A stretch of DNA of 64,000 nucleotides from Perna viridis (taxonomy: Eukaryota): contig CM074516.1 of the NCBI GenBank assembly GCA_037379345.1, positions 24,552,001 to 24,616,000 of the forward strand, in the 5' to 3' direction. The notes beneath the pieces are model-generated. The model was not told the DNA's origin, searched no databases, and saw only the letters and a list, made by a program, of their open reading frames with translations. Positions 1 through 13,600 of the stretch are shown piece after piece; within the stretch, counting starts at the first letter, position 1; each line of letters opens with the position of its first letter. A program made the translations under genes and the position numbers.

Positions 1-682
1 ATGGTAGTTCCAAAAAAAGAAGCAACACCGTTTAGCCAGATCCTTTGCTCACAGTTTCTGCTATATGTAGATGACGTGTACTCTCATCTTTCCCACATAG
101 CTTGAGATGAAGGGGACTCCGGACATAAAATCAGCCCAATAACTTCCTTTTCATCTGTGACAACCGGCGTTTTGAATTTGCGGTGATTTGCATTACACTA
201 GCGTCGATTTTTTTTCTTTCACTTGCACCGATTTTGTTTTCTTTCACTTGCTCCAAATTGTTTTTTTTCCATAGGCCATGAACCATTGTTTCCCCCTTTG
301 TGCCAAATTGTTTTCTCATTACATTACAGTTGAATAAATTTAATTTTCAATTAAGATATTTTATTTCTTTATTGATCAATATCAATAGGTACCTACTATG
401 TTTGCCAGTTATATGCATATTTATTATCAGTATTTTTTCATAACATATATATAACTGTTGCCCCCTACTCACCACGAGGAGCCGGATTCCGGTATGATTT
501 CAACAGTAAAGAACACTTATATAGTGAAAATCCGCTTAATCTCTGAACATATCACTATTTAAAATCTTTGAAGTTTATGAAATATGTGCCCCATCCCTTC
601 AGTACCTGCGTACACGTTCACTCAAACTTGCAGAAACTACATGGACTTTTTGTACCGTGCTTTACTTCTTACAATTTGGCTT

Positions 683-1098
683 CTGGAATTAACGGTTATT
701 TTGCTACAATATTAAAATCATCGCTACAAAAGTTTAATTGTCGTTATAATGAACTCGTGGGTGGGTACCATGTATTCATCTGCACCGTGAGAACCGATTT
801 GTTCACAAATACATAATTTCCCTTTCCTCTTTCGTTTATCGTGGACGTAAAATTTCAATTATGAAACTCTGCTGGTGTTTCTAGAAAACCAGAGGACGTT
901 TACCCAACCGATGCACCCGGTCCATAGCTTTGATTATTTTAGTGGCGTCCGAGTTACTCATTTACTTTTGTTTCATTTTTACACACTAATTTGGTTGCAT
1001 GTTCCTCGTTGTGTGTGTCTATTCTCCTTGTCTAGTATTTATCCTTGGAATATATATTTTGGGTTTTTTTCTCGAATCTTGATTCCATGGTATCTCTT
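683..1098 (+). mobile_element. 5'-truncated Penelope-like element 3' fragment
   Basis: Encodes GYFATILKSSLQKFNCRYNELV (cf. GYVATRLKSSLQKFYGRHHELV near 32460), followed by the same 3' UTR as 15515-15795. Confidence 0.8.
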
Positions 1099-1563
1099 CA
1101 ATCCTATTTTGCTCAATTTTACCCACATTTTGCCAAAAAATAACAATTGAAAATTTTCCAATACAAAAAGAAATCCAACGTATTCCTTAAACACCTTTGA
1201 TCAGCTACTGCATTAAGTTGTTTGACAACTAGGAGGTACTTAAGAAATGGATGTTATTTTTTTTTCGGTCTATGAAGAAAAAACCTCAATCACGCGGTGC
1301 TCACAAAATAACCTGCGTCGCCGGTTATTTTATGGTGGGCACGACGGACACTAAACTTGTACATGAAAATGAGGCCAAATTGGAAAATCGAGACGACTTG
1401 TGTTAAAATAGCTTATTTTATGAGACATATGTATGCAGAAAATATAGAACGCATTAGTCGAATTCCATTTCCTGATCAAAAAGATAGTGTGGGTCTGACG
1501 ATTTTTGAAGTCGAATCTATCGACATCATCGCTTGAAGCAGCTTTGATTCAGCTTACATCAAA

Positions 1564-2710
1564 ATGTACCGGGTGTCAAAACGTAAGAGAACGTCTACTT
1601 CATTGGCTTTATCCAGTGTTTCATCTCGAAAGCAGCCAAAATCAACTACAAGACGTAACATGGATGAAATGGTTCCATCATCATCTGCACCGATTTACCT
1701 GTAACTCAACAATCCATACAAGTATCGTATGCCACAGCAGCCATGCCGATGACGGCTCCTTTACCAGTGACATATCCTAGTGAGCCTACAGTCACAGTAT
1801 CAGCAACTTTGGCCTACCAGTCGGCGAGGCCTAATCCTACAGTTCCGATTCTGTCATCAAGTAATCAGGTAATAGCGTGGTTAATAATTCCCTACCCATA
1901 TCAAACACACAACCTGAACTAAATCCTGCTCAAATATCAAGTGTTTATTCAAATTTAAATATTCATGTACCTCAAAATATCAAGGAAAAAATTCAAAGGA
2001 GCGATTATATTGATCTAAGTACCCTATTGTCAAACAACCAGCATAAATCAAAAACACAGAAACTCTCGTTAGAAGGTGGCCAACTGGTTTTGCAGCATGA
2101 TCAAATTAGTTCAATGAAAATTGCATCGATTGAAAAGTGGACCGGTGCGTTCATTATTTTTACAAGTATATTTTGTTCAGTCCACCCACCTCGTTTCCAG
2201 GAACTTTTAAGATATATGGCAAATGTTCGTTTTGGGGCTCACAGATGTCATGGTATGAGCTGGAAGCTCTATGATGAGCAATATAAGTTACGCAAAGCTA
2301 CAGATCCAAATACTTCTTGGGATAAAATTGACACCGAGCTATGGTTACTGTATATGTCTATGACTAATATGGTTGAGTTACAAAGCACCCCAAATTCGAA
2401 TAATTCAAGATTAAAGTGCTATACATTTAATTATCAAGGTACCTACTATAGAGTTCCATGTCAATATGCACATTGTTGTTTATTTTGCAATGGAGGTCAT
2501 CCAATCACACAATGCAAAGTAAAACCAAAAAATACAAATATTACTGATTCAAATACAAGATTTTATCAACCATTCCAACCACAACATACACACTTAAGAC
2601 ATGCTGTCAATAACACTTCTCTTTCATCAAATTTTAGGGTTCAGCAGCAACGATTCCCAAGACCAAGAGCTTCGTGGGATATTGCGGCAAATAGGCAAAA
2701 CTCCTATTAA
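1564..2710 (+). pseudogene. Gag-like ORF1 of YR retrotransposon (frameshifted)
   Basis: MYRVSKRKR start; KEKIQRSDYIDLSTLL; WKLYDEQ; C-terminal CYTFNYQG...CQYAHCCLFCNGGHPITQC zinc-finger cluster. Frameshift near 1695. Confidence 0.85.
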
Positions 2711-4291
2711 ATTGATTAAATTGAAGGAGTTTTTTGGAAAATTGTCCGAATCATTTAGAAGAGAGCTTTATGAAGGTTTTGAATCAGGTTTTAGGATTCA
2801 GTACACTGGTCCTCGTGTGTATAATTTTTCAAAAAATCTCATTTCTGCTGATCAATACACTGAGGAAACTTTTAAAAAACTGAAACGTGAAATAGATCTG
2901 GGACGAATATAAGGGCCATTTTCAATCTTACCGATACCAACTCTTCGCATATCCCCTATAGGGCTTGTTCCAAAACAGGATGGTACGTGGCGATTAATTA
3001 CTAATTTGTCACATCCTAGAGAAAGCAGTGTAAATTCGGCTATAGACCCTGAATTTTGCAAAGTAACCTACTCCTCATTTGATTATATTTTGGAAAAAAT
3101 CTACGATTTGGGTAGGGGTACCAAGTTCACAAAAGTGGACATTAAATCCGCCTTTCGCTTACTATCTATTCATCCCGCAGATTTTGATTTAATGGGTATC
3201 TATTTTGATGGTCATTATTTTATTGATAAATGTATGCCAATGGGTTGTGCTATCTCGTGTAATGTTTTTGAAAAAATTGCAACTTTTCTACATTGGTTGT
3301 TTCAGTTTCGCTCTGGCTTAGATTCATTAGACCACTACCTAGATGATTTTATTTTCATGGGGGAAAGTAATACCGGGGACTGCAAGTACCTGATGTATAT
3401 GTTTGAGGATACTTGTAACAAGCTTGGTGTCCCTATAGCTCATGATAAAATCTCTGGTCCCACTACTGTTATAACTTTTTTTAGGATTTATTATTGATAC
3501 TGAATTAATGATGGTTATCATATCCCAAGAAAAACTCAAGAAATTGCACGAACAATTAAAATGGTAAATGAAATTGAAAAAAGTAATGTTGAAGGATTTA
3601 CAATCACTTGTAGGCTTGATGTCTTTTTGTGCAAGGGCCATCCCCTCATCCAGAGCATTTTTAAGGCGCTTTTATGATCTTATGTCGCAGGTGAGACAAC
3701 CTTTTCATAGAATTCGTTTGAATAGTGAAGTTAAAGCAGACATCAGATTGTGGTTAGAATTTATAGATAAATTCAATGGCCAAATATTTTTCCCGGAAAA
3801 ACTTTGGACATCAACTGAAATTTTAAAACTTTTGACTGATAGTTCTGGAAACCCAGAATTGAGATGTGGGGCCTACATGTCTGGGAAATGGGTTCAATTA
3901 AGTTGGCCACAGCATTGGACAAAAACTGAGTTAATGAAAAACATGGTCTTTCTAGCTAGTTCCGGTTGTTCTTGCGACTTATTTATGGGTCCATCTGTTT
4001 GGCAATAAAAAAGTTATCTTTCATATTGATAATCAAGCTCTTGTTAGTATATTGAATAAAAAGTCTCCTAAAGACAAAAATATCATGAAACTAGTCCGAC
4101 CATTTGTTTTAAAAAACATGGTTCATAATGTTCAATTTAAGGCCATTTTTATCCCAACTGCATTTAATTGTATTTCTGATGCTCTGTCACGTTTTCAGGA
4201 AAACAGATTCCGTGCTTTGGTTCCAGATGCAGACAACAACCCAGCTCAAATTCCATCCGATTTTCTGGACTTGATTTCGACAATACCATAA
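2601..4291 (+). pseudogene. Reverse transcriptase/RNase H of YR retrotransposon (stops and frameshifts)
   Basis: SPIGLVPK..G.WRLI, KVDIKSAFR, MPMGCAISC, HYLDDF; RNase H TDSSG and DALSR motifs. Internal TAA at 2910-2912 and 3565-3567 plus frameshifts. Confidence 0.9.
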
Positions 4292-4299
4292 ATAATCTG

Positions 4300-5358
4300 T
4301 TGTTCAAATCAGTAGTCCCTAGCACAAATCAAACGTATCAAAGAGGGTTAATTGTGTTTAATGAATTTAGACAGAGACATGGATTGCCTGAAATCTGGCC
4401 AATACAATTAGCTGATATTTGTAATTTTATTGCTTATCTTTTCGAGGCACATTTTTCACATTCCTCGATTAATTGTCATTTATCGGGCGTCAGTTTTTAT
4501 TGTAAAATCAATAACATAGACGATCCAACACAAAAATTTGTGGTTAGGAAAATGCTAGAAGGTGTTAAACGCTCCCGAACGATAACAAAAGATCCACGTT
4601 TACCACTAACAAAAAACTTGTTAAAAATTGTATTAAGTCGGCAGGCGCGTAGCTGCCGTGAGGCAAAAAAGCGTTTGCCTGCACTTAATTTTACCATTTT
4701 TTTTAAGATAAAATACATCCAGGAGAGGCATAAATGATGCTCTAAAACGCTATCTCCGCGGCCCCCAGACCCCCTGTCGTAATTTTTGCCTACACTTCAA
4801 TTTGGCCTCAGCTACGCGCCTGGTCGGCTACACACAATGTGTCGTACCAGATATGAAGTTTTGCTATTCTGTGCCGCCTTTTCGTTAGCTTATTTTGGCT
4901 TGTTTAGAATTTGTGAAATAGCTATTTCTAATTCGGATATACATGTCGTTTCATTTGATGACATTGACTTTGGTAAAAATTTTCTAAAAGTACACCTTTC
5001 TTCCTCAAAAACTAATCAAAATGGTAGAGGGACAGATGTTATAATTACTAGTCAATTGGAGGTCGAAATATGTCCGTTTCTTAATAACCTTACTTTTAAG
5101 AATCAAAGATCGAAATTTATTGGTCAATTTTTTTGTCATTTTAATGGGTCCCCTTTAACTCGTTATCAGTTTACCTCTGTATTAAAGAAAGCTTTGGCCG
5201 TATCGGGTTTAGACTCAAAATCATACAGCTCTCATTCATTTCGTTTTGGTAGGGCAACAGATTTGTCGGCAGAGGGCGTGTCTGATTCTGATATAATGTT
5301 GCTCGGTCGATGGAAATCAAATTCTTACAGGACTTATATCAGACCCTTATCTTGGTAA
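4300..5358 (+). pseudogene. Tyrosine recombinase of YR retrotransposon, interrupted by a MITE
   Basis: Catalytic set FRICE (R), SSKT (K), HSFR, GRW, YIR. Removing 4642-4822 plus one TSD restores the frame (VLSR-LHTMCR). Confidence 0.9.
4642..4822. mobile_element. MITE with CAGGCGCGTAGCTG TIRs and 5-bp TSD (GTCGG)
   Basis: Perfect 14-bp TIRs; GTCGG at 4637-4641 and 4823-4827. Homologous copies at 29798-29989 and 62816-63034. Confidence 0.92.
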
Positions 5359-5398
5359 CTTAAGTAGTACTACTTTATCTTGTATATCTGTAGGTGGT

Positions 5399-5806
5399 TT
5401 GGAGCATGTTTGGATTATCGGTAGCTCCTTAGTTAAGAATGCATATTACCAATCGAGGGACCGTCCTGGTGGGGTTCATCTTGGACTGGACAGGAGAAAC
5501 TTAAAAATTTGGTGGAACGGGCGGAGTGGCATGGTAGTACATCACCTTAGAGGTCATATCCACTCCATGCTTGAGATTCCGGATCCACCTAAATATCTGG
5601 TTATTCATGTAGGTGCCAATGATCTTTGCAGTAAAAAGGTCGGTTATTTAAGAAATGAAATAAAATTTATATTACGTTGCCTTTTAAGAATTATGCCACA
5701 AACAGTACTTGTTTGGTCCCAAATTTTACCTCGCTTTTCTTGGAGGTATACAGACAATTTCGGAGCCATGGAAAGACGTAGACGGAGATTAAATAATTGT
5801 ATTGCA
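5399..5806 (+). pseudogene. SGNH/GDSL hydrolase ORF of YR retrotransposon, truncated
   Basis: VWIIGSS, GRSG and HVGANDL blocks present. The DGVHL block is lost at the duplication breakpoint (5806). Confidence 0.85.
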
Positions 5807-6109
5807 AATGGACAAATATGTGGTCGATCAAACATTCCAACATTTTACATGTTTTAATAACTTTTCTGTCGATTTGGAAGATGATTTTGTTTTTTAACAA
5901 AGTGTGAGGAATCTTAGTATATCCGTCGTTTTTGGAGACGATGTCTAATGTTTATGAGTTGGGAATTTAACTGAGTATGGGAATAGAAGTATAAAGAGTT
6001 GAAAAACCAAATGTTTTAATGGTATTGTATTCTATAATACAATTTTGAATAATCTTGAATTGAGGGTTTCCAAAAGATCTTTCGAATTTATCAGAATCTA
6101 CATTGAATT

Positions 6110-7840
6110 AATACCACTTCTGGAAAAACAACATGGGGTTGGAATGGTCAAGAATGGAACCCATCTGGCAGATTTTTATGCTGTGAACAACCTTGTCATT
6201 GGGGAACCATTTTCAAACACAAAGAACTAAACAGATCACTTGGACATCACCTGATTGCATCTCAAGACAAGATCTCAGAATTAAAAGTGAGCAGATACAG
6301 CATCAGATCATCATTTAGTGATAGGAAAGATCCAACTTAAATTCAAAAGATTCAAAGACAATAATGCTAGAACAAAGTACAATGTGGATAAGCTGCAAAA
6401 CAGAGAGCTTCTGCAGATATACCAGCAAACATTTTCTGAGAAATTCACTGTAGTTCACTGGATGAAAGGTGAGAAAACATCAAAGAAGCATATGTAACAT
6501 CACTAGAATAATGATTGGAGAAAATAAAGAGAAGCAACAAACCATGGATAAGACAGTCAATCATGAAACCATGGACGAGAGAAAGACCAATCACATCAAT
6601 CTACGTAATGCTTGAACAAGATCTGAGACAAATAGCTACCAAAAAGAATACAAACAAAAACATATTGAAGTCAAAAGACATTTTTGGGGACCTTGCCACA
6701 CAAGCAGAAACAGCGAAGATGAGAAAATTAAATTGTACAGTATCGTATCACTAGGTTATTATCAGGAAAATGATCTGCTTATGAAAAAGACAATTAAGAA
6801 CACCAGTGAAATGTTCTATCATCAGGAGAAGAGTAAAAGTCAAGAAGATTGAAAGTCAAGATGGAAAGAACATTTTGAAATAAAAACAGGCCACCACCAG
6901 AGACAACAGCCAACATACTTCCAGAAGAAAAAGACTTCCACATTAACTCAGTTCCACCGACTGCAGAAGAAATACGAAAGGCAATTAAATCTATTCATAA
7001 CGGGAAATCAGGGTGGTCCCGATTAATACATAGAAAAGCAATAAAGTATGCCAAAGAAAGAAATGTAAACACCTTTCATCCATTCTTTGAGAAGACATGG
7101 CATTTGAAAACAATACCTGAAGAATGAATAGAAGGTGTTCTCTTTAAGCTTCCAAAAAGGATGACTTGAGTCTGTGCATCAATTAAAGAGGAATCATATT
7201 ACTGTCTACACCTGGTAAAGTTTTCAACAAAGTCATATTGGAAAGAATGAAAACATCTGTAGACAAGATTCTGAGAGACCATCAAGCCGGTTTTATAATG
7301 CGTATAAATACTGATAAAACTGATCCTAATAAACTCAAAGATGAGATATAGAATATGTTAACCGATTCATCTACCTAGACAGCCAATTCAAAATAATTGG
7401 CGGCAGTGAAATGATATCAAACTCAGAATCAGCAAATCACGAACTGTCTTCAAGCTATTAAATAAAGTTTGGAATACCAGAGAGATCACCAGAAACACCA
7501 GATAAAAACCATCCAGGCCCTCATTAATGGATGTCTAGGCAGAATAATGAAGATCCATTGGGCTAAGATCTTCTGAAACTTATACAGCACACCAGTTGCC
7601 ACCTTCAATGCAAATAAAGAAAAGAAAATTGGCCTGTATTTGACACCAACTTACAAAGAAATAAACATAACAATACATACACTTCAATGGAATCTTTAGG
7701 GAAAGAGACAATCATGATATCTAAGAAACAAGTGGAGAAGATCAGTTGTAGACGAAATAAAAACAGCTGGATACAACTGGAAAACATTGGTTCAACACAC
7801 CAAAATACGAGTGAGATGAAGAAAGATTGTCAGTGGCCAC
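6110..7840 (+). mobile_element. Degenerate RTE-clade LINE remnant (endonuclease end, RT start and C-terminal region; internal deletions)
   Basis: Fragments HGVG..NGTHLADF..NNLVIG, HWTSPD, KLPKK.DL...N.RGIILLSTPGKVFNKVILERMK..VDKILRDHQAGF, and a C-terminal LQWN..GKR...WRRSV..E...AG.NW motif. Confidence 0.75.
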
Positions 7841-10606
7841 GTACATTTAACCGAACCGTTCAGTAGGACTTCGTCGTGCTGATTGAAGGACTTCGACGAA
7901 AGCCAACCAAAAAATTAATTTCATTTTAACTCAATACTTCAACTGAATGAAATTATAATGTATGTTACAAAGAGGTACTAACATTTTAGACTCTTACAAA
8001 CAGATTTGTTGTTAAATCTCTCCGTGGAATTCAACACAAAGTTTTGTATGGTGAATCGTTATATCCACCTAAATAATAAACACAGTTGATATAATAAATA
8101 GCGGAATAAATAAGATGAAAAACATTTCTTTCACATAGTAAAATATACAAATGTGATTCGACTGAGCTGGCAAACACGGCAATATGTAACAGGCACAGAA
8201 AGTTTTTTTTTCACATCTATTGAAAACAGACTAACCTTTCTTTGAAGTGCTGAAGTCTATAATGTATGGCAAATAAAAACTTTAGTGAAACAAAAATAAC
8301 AGAAAATATTTTACTTAGATCTTTCATTTTGTGTCATTGAGGTGGCTTTCCTATTTAGTGGAATTTTTAAAAAATCAATAAACTATTTCATGTGAATTGA
8401 TCATGGTAATGTGCCGCATTGTGAATGACTTCTTTTTTTTTCATTAAAGGTGTTCTAAAGTACAAGGTAAAACATACAAAAGGGAAAATAACTATATTAC
8501 TAGATTACAAGAAAATTATCGAATTACAAATATGGTTATATTTCAAAAGCTATTATTTTTTTCAGCGATTTTAATTTATGACCAAATATTCAATTGTAGA
8601 ACAAAGGAGGTGCTCTGACAATTTAACTTATATAGCCAAGCTTTGACCTCATATTTTTTACCCCTCAAAACGTTTAAATTTCTGTCTGTCCGTAAATGTA
8701 TCAAAATTAGTATTTTTTTTCAATTTACATTTATTCTGCATTTATACTACACAATCTTAAGGAAATGCAATTCATTTTAAGGCAAGATTACCCATTGTTG
8801 ACCCACATTTATGAGAAAATGAGTCCGGTTACCCATTTGTTTTTTTTTTTTTTTTTTTTTTTTTTTTCATTTTTTGAAGAGGGTAGAATGTTGTACTACA
8901 TATATCAAAATAAAGAAAATTAAATTCGGGTTTCTTACATTATGGAGCCACCTAAAATCAATATAAAGTTATCCATCTGCACGTCAGAACCTTGATCAAT
9001 ATGTACAAATAGATTGACAATTCAAACACCGTTTGAATGTCATCTTTATATTTTTCCAAATTGCTTTTACTGTCTGACAGTACTGCTTAAGGTTACTGTC
9101 GTGATTATAAAAAGTATCCGCAATTTTCAATGACAATGTGATTCAACATGGCTGTGATAGCCGATCAACAGAAGAACTCAATTTTGGACGTTGACATGTC
9201 GTTATGCCTCGACCTATCGGTCTAAACGTGACATTGTCTGTTTCGACTTTCAAACTACCGTGTGTATCTTTATCTTAATTTTTTGATTGTATTGAGACCC
9301 AAGTTTGGCTATCTAATTAATGTCCATTGGACATTATAAGTCAAAAATAGGATGAATGAGTAATGAAAAATAAACTCACCGTTTGCCTTAAAGCTGAATA
9401 AATAGTTATTAATTCTTTAACTGGGTATTATGCAAAGGTCCATAGAATATTAGTTGCTAACTGTTTGTTTTACATTTCGTTTTGGCAGGCCTATTTTTGT
9501 AATTCGTATTCAGAGAGTGCAAAATATAAACACAAACAATAACGATACATTCATTGAAATGAAATTATTGAATTGATTCTTTATCGATGCATTGAACATT
9601 TTACAATACTTCATAAACATGTTTCTTTAAAAAAGAAGTAAATTGGTATTTTTTGTATCTTTGTATCTTAACTCTTTTGTTCCCTTTCCAAAATACCTTA
9701 TTTATCCCCAGTAAAGCAAACTATGTCATAATTGTATAGTTAGAAATTGACAACGTAGTCTACTTTTCGACACGGTTCCATAGTAAACTTTTATTACTTG
9801 CTCTCTATCGTATATATGTTGATCGTTTTTTAATGTAAATATTTATCTGCTGGTCCTCTATGGCAAGAGTTTTATTATCTGACCAACGGCGTATCACTTA
9901 AATCTCGCCATAGTATAATTAAGCACTGAGTTCTATAGGACAGGGAAGAAATTTATCAACAATAACCATGTAAAGGATAAAAGAATTTTCAATATGCAAA
10001 ACTAGTTCGACACTACATTTTATCAGATTTAATGGAGAGTTGCGTTAAATGCTGGCTTTTGTTTTATGGCAAAGAAAATTTAAAGTTTAAACTTTCACAA
10101 ACTTATGCAACATGTACATCAATCTACGACTCAATCGTAAGTTTAGGCATGATCTTGATTTTAAATGCCATGTAACGGAGAACAGTAGGGCTATTATATA
10201 TCATTCATAGAAAGAAGCAAGAGAAACTTTCTTTGCATTGTATGACCTCCCCATTAACATCTTTCCGAAATAACGGTAATTAATAACACAATACATCACC
10301 ACCTTACATCAATACATTACCCTGAAAGAAAAAAAACAAGCTCGATCCTGATATGGATAAAAAAAATTATCATGTTATCATTAAAATCATTGTGTTAAGA
10401 ATGCTGACTTTTTTTTCAACTATGCAAGATAAATGTTTAGTCATTTGACATAGAAGAGGTCCATCTAGTGATTGTTCCCTAGTTTATCAGCTAAATATAA
10501 ACAATATGATGATATCTGTTACAACTACTTATAAAATTATCACAACAAAATGAGACTACGGCCTTAGATAAAACACCTGTAAATTCATTTAACAGATTTT
10601 GTAGGG

Positions 10607-13600
10607 ATGATTTGCAAGTTTCAGGTTTTTTCACTACAGACAATTTATTTTGTGCTTATAACTAACCAAGGTAAGATGTTATCGGCTTTCACAATTTTGC
10701 AGTCATTTGAGATTAAAAATATGTGTGTTTTTACATATTGCTCCAGATATAGCACAAATTCCTTTAAAGAGGCTGGTTTTAAATGTACGAATCCGTAAAG
10801 CATTTGGTCCTTTTTAATAATGTTACGAATTTAGGTTCAATAAAAGCGATGAAGGCCTTGTTTATATTTTATATATCTTTATATGATATACCAAAAAAAA
10901 CGTAACGTCGAATGTTACGTTTAACGATTGGGTATAACGTAAACCAAAGAAATAATAGAAAACTTTATATAGCAGAACATTAAAAACAAATCTATATTAT
11001 TTGGGGATGGAATTGGTTGGTGCCTTCAACTTTAATCAACATCCTCTCTGTTTACAATGCCAACTCAACACTGTTATTACCCGTTTCCAAAAGAAACTGT
11101 AAGGTTGATAAAAATGCTTATTTTACAATTGTGTACAAAGTGGTATTTTTTTTTCTTTTAAGCTTCTTCAAACTACTCAAAAACATGTTGCTTTGGAGAT
11201 CAGTGTCCATTCATATGCAATGATACAAAAATTATTTCAATTACCAACATTGATTACGAAAGAAACTGCAGTTCAAGTTTCTCAAGATGTTCCAAAACGT
11301 GCACTAATGGAAACAGCGAAACGTGTCAGATATTTCGTTTACCACTGTCGTCGAACAACTGGAGGAATCATCTTTATTATTCGGGAATTTCGGGGAGGAA
11401 CAATGGGGATTTTACAGCAGATCGGGCACTTTGTGAAAGATCCCAGATAGCTTCAAATATAGTTCACGTCTCTTATTCTTGCCTTAACGGTAAGTAACGT
11501 TCAAAATTTGATAACAGTATGCGGAGGAATCCTAAATGAAGGGGTCTAAATTGAAATACAATTTTAGTCGAAGATCATGTTATGTATACACTAACAAACG
11601 CGCATGTATGAAAGAGATATAACTACTGGGTATTTAGGTTACAGACCACCAATTCAACCAATGAGCATTTGGAACGTACGCAAAAATAGTCCTACACAGA
11701 AATTATCCCTGTTCCTCATAGTGCTGTGAAAAAAGTTCTCATCTTATTTAAAAAATTTAAACAGTTTCTGAAAGGAAAAACATTTCTGTACATTTTATAG
11801 GCGCATTTTGCTTCTTGTGATGTGAAGCCTAATCTCCATAATGATTTTTAAATATACTCCTATCTTGTGAAAACACTGGGATTTCCCATGCTGTTTATAG
11901 ACACTTCACTTCCGGTGACCAGTACTGCACTGCAAGTCTGCTAACCCCACGTGCTGAGGATTGTGAGCTGACATATGTAGAATCATGCTTATATATAGTC
12001 CTCTGCAGGTTAAAGTTAAGGTAAAGTCCAGAGAAGCCATTGAATATTGTGAAATTAGCATAGAAGCCTATGAAAAGTGGAATTAGTGGTTTTTAGCCTT
12101 AAATCCAATGTTTCCGAGCCTTATGATATAATTTTGTAATCAAATGCAGTTTGCATTCAACACTTTATTTGTATGCGATAATGCTTGTTCAGGACAATGA
12201 AATTACGCCTACGCATATGTACTTCCCAAGAACTAATATCACTCAGAACGTGCTCTTTATTTCATGTAGTATTTTAATAACTCGGCGGGTGTCTCCAGAA
12301 AAAAAATAGAGAACGCTAACCCCACCTGGTCCATGCTACAAGTTTTAGGTTGAGTCCGAGTTGCTCATTTACTTTTGTTTCTTTGTACGTATTATGTTGG
12401 TTCTTTCATGCTATTTCTTGTGCATATCTGTTTTCATGTCTTTATTCCTGGATTGAATTCTTTTGATTTCCGCTCAAATCATGATACCTTTCATTGTATT
12501 TTAGTAAAAAAAATTAATCGAAAATTTCTGGATAATTTCTGAAGTCCTTCCATATCACTTAAGTGCGCTTTTGAACAAAATAGTTTTAGATTGTTTTATT
12601 TAACACGTAGAGTCGTGGCTTAAACACACTTCTACTTGTTAATAGGTTAAATGACTAATTCTAAATGTCACCTACTCCAATTTTCTGTTGACCAATCTAA
12701 TTGTTTTTTTCTTGCGTTTGCAAAAATAATAGTGATTTATAACTGATTTTCAAAGACTGTATATGGTCGTTGCTTCACAATCGTAAACATTTTGTTGAAA
12801 CATTTTTAGCAGCAGAGAAATGATCGATAATTATCGAACTTTACATATAATTACGTATATTAAATGAAAAGGTTAATATAGTAGATCGAATGGTATATCA
12901 TTTTGATAGTGTAATCAAGGGAACCAAGATTCGAGAGAAAATCAATAGAATGTAATCCAAGAATAGAGACTTAACAGGAAAGGTACACACACAAGCAAAT
13001 AATATAACAAGAATAACACGTACGAAGAAATAGAGGTAAATGGGTACCCTGAAAACTTAGAGCATGGACCCTGGTGCCGGTGGGATATATAGGCGTCCTC
13101 TGCTTTCTAAATAACTTCAGCCGAGCATAAGCTAATGTTGTACATTGTGTTTTCAAATGCAGCGTAGTTCCGGTGTCATGATTGTAGAACTCATACACAA
13201 ACGGCATCAGAAACTTTCTTCATTTATATAATTTGCTTTACAAACTTTGGATCACATAATAATGTAACGGTAAACCTATTTCACTGACCGCATCATGACC
13301 CAATGAGAATGTCTGTGTAAACATTCCGATGCATTACACCGTCCTTGCGAAACCCAAAACGGTAGTCTAGGACGTTACAAAATCCTCAGACAGTTATGTT
13401 TTACACAACTTACAAATGAGTGCACACCGTACCTACATATAATATATGTAAAAGTATATTTGTTAGTATGACAAAATGCTATTGAACTAAGTAAAGCGCC
13501 TCCTTAAAATAATGATCGAAATAACAAAAATGCTATCAGTTTCATTTTGTATTACAGTGTTATTCTAATAATTATTATTCGTTAAAAGTCCTGTAAAGTT

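Larger units (their letters stand above)
1..5806 (+). repeat. Copy 1 of a direct segmental duplication (matches 25341-30937); probably extends beyond the left window edge
   Basis: Base 1 ATGGTAGTTCCAAAAAAAGAAGC matches 25341. The two blocks are colinear with high identity up to ATTGTATTGCA (5806/30937) and unrelated afterwards. Includes about 1.45 kb of flank outside the retroelement. Confidence 0.95.
1456..5806 (+). mobile_element. Ngaro/DIRS-type tyrosine-recombinase retrotransposon, copy 1 (inactivated, 3'-truncated)
   Basis: Order is gag (Cys/His fingers), RT/RNase H, YR, SGNH hydrolase, with overlapping frames and no methyltransferase domain seen. The 5' boundary is tentative (AGTCGAATTCC at 1456). 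Confidence 0.9.

Noticed and set aside
131-319. Basic minus-strand ORF duplicated at 25373-25570
   Set aside because: The frame differs between the two copies and there is no recognisable domain.
7878-7902. Hammerhead ribozyme (CTGATTGA...GAAA)
   Set aside because: Core spacing is wrong and stem II does not pair.
8340-8953. MITE bounded by AGGTGGCT/AGCCACCT
   Set aside because: Only 8 bp of inverted match and no clear TSD; cannot be supported.
11193-11450. 85-aa ORF from the track
   Set aside because: Wrong frame; the region is exon 2 (11163-11489) of the receptor in another frame.
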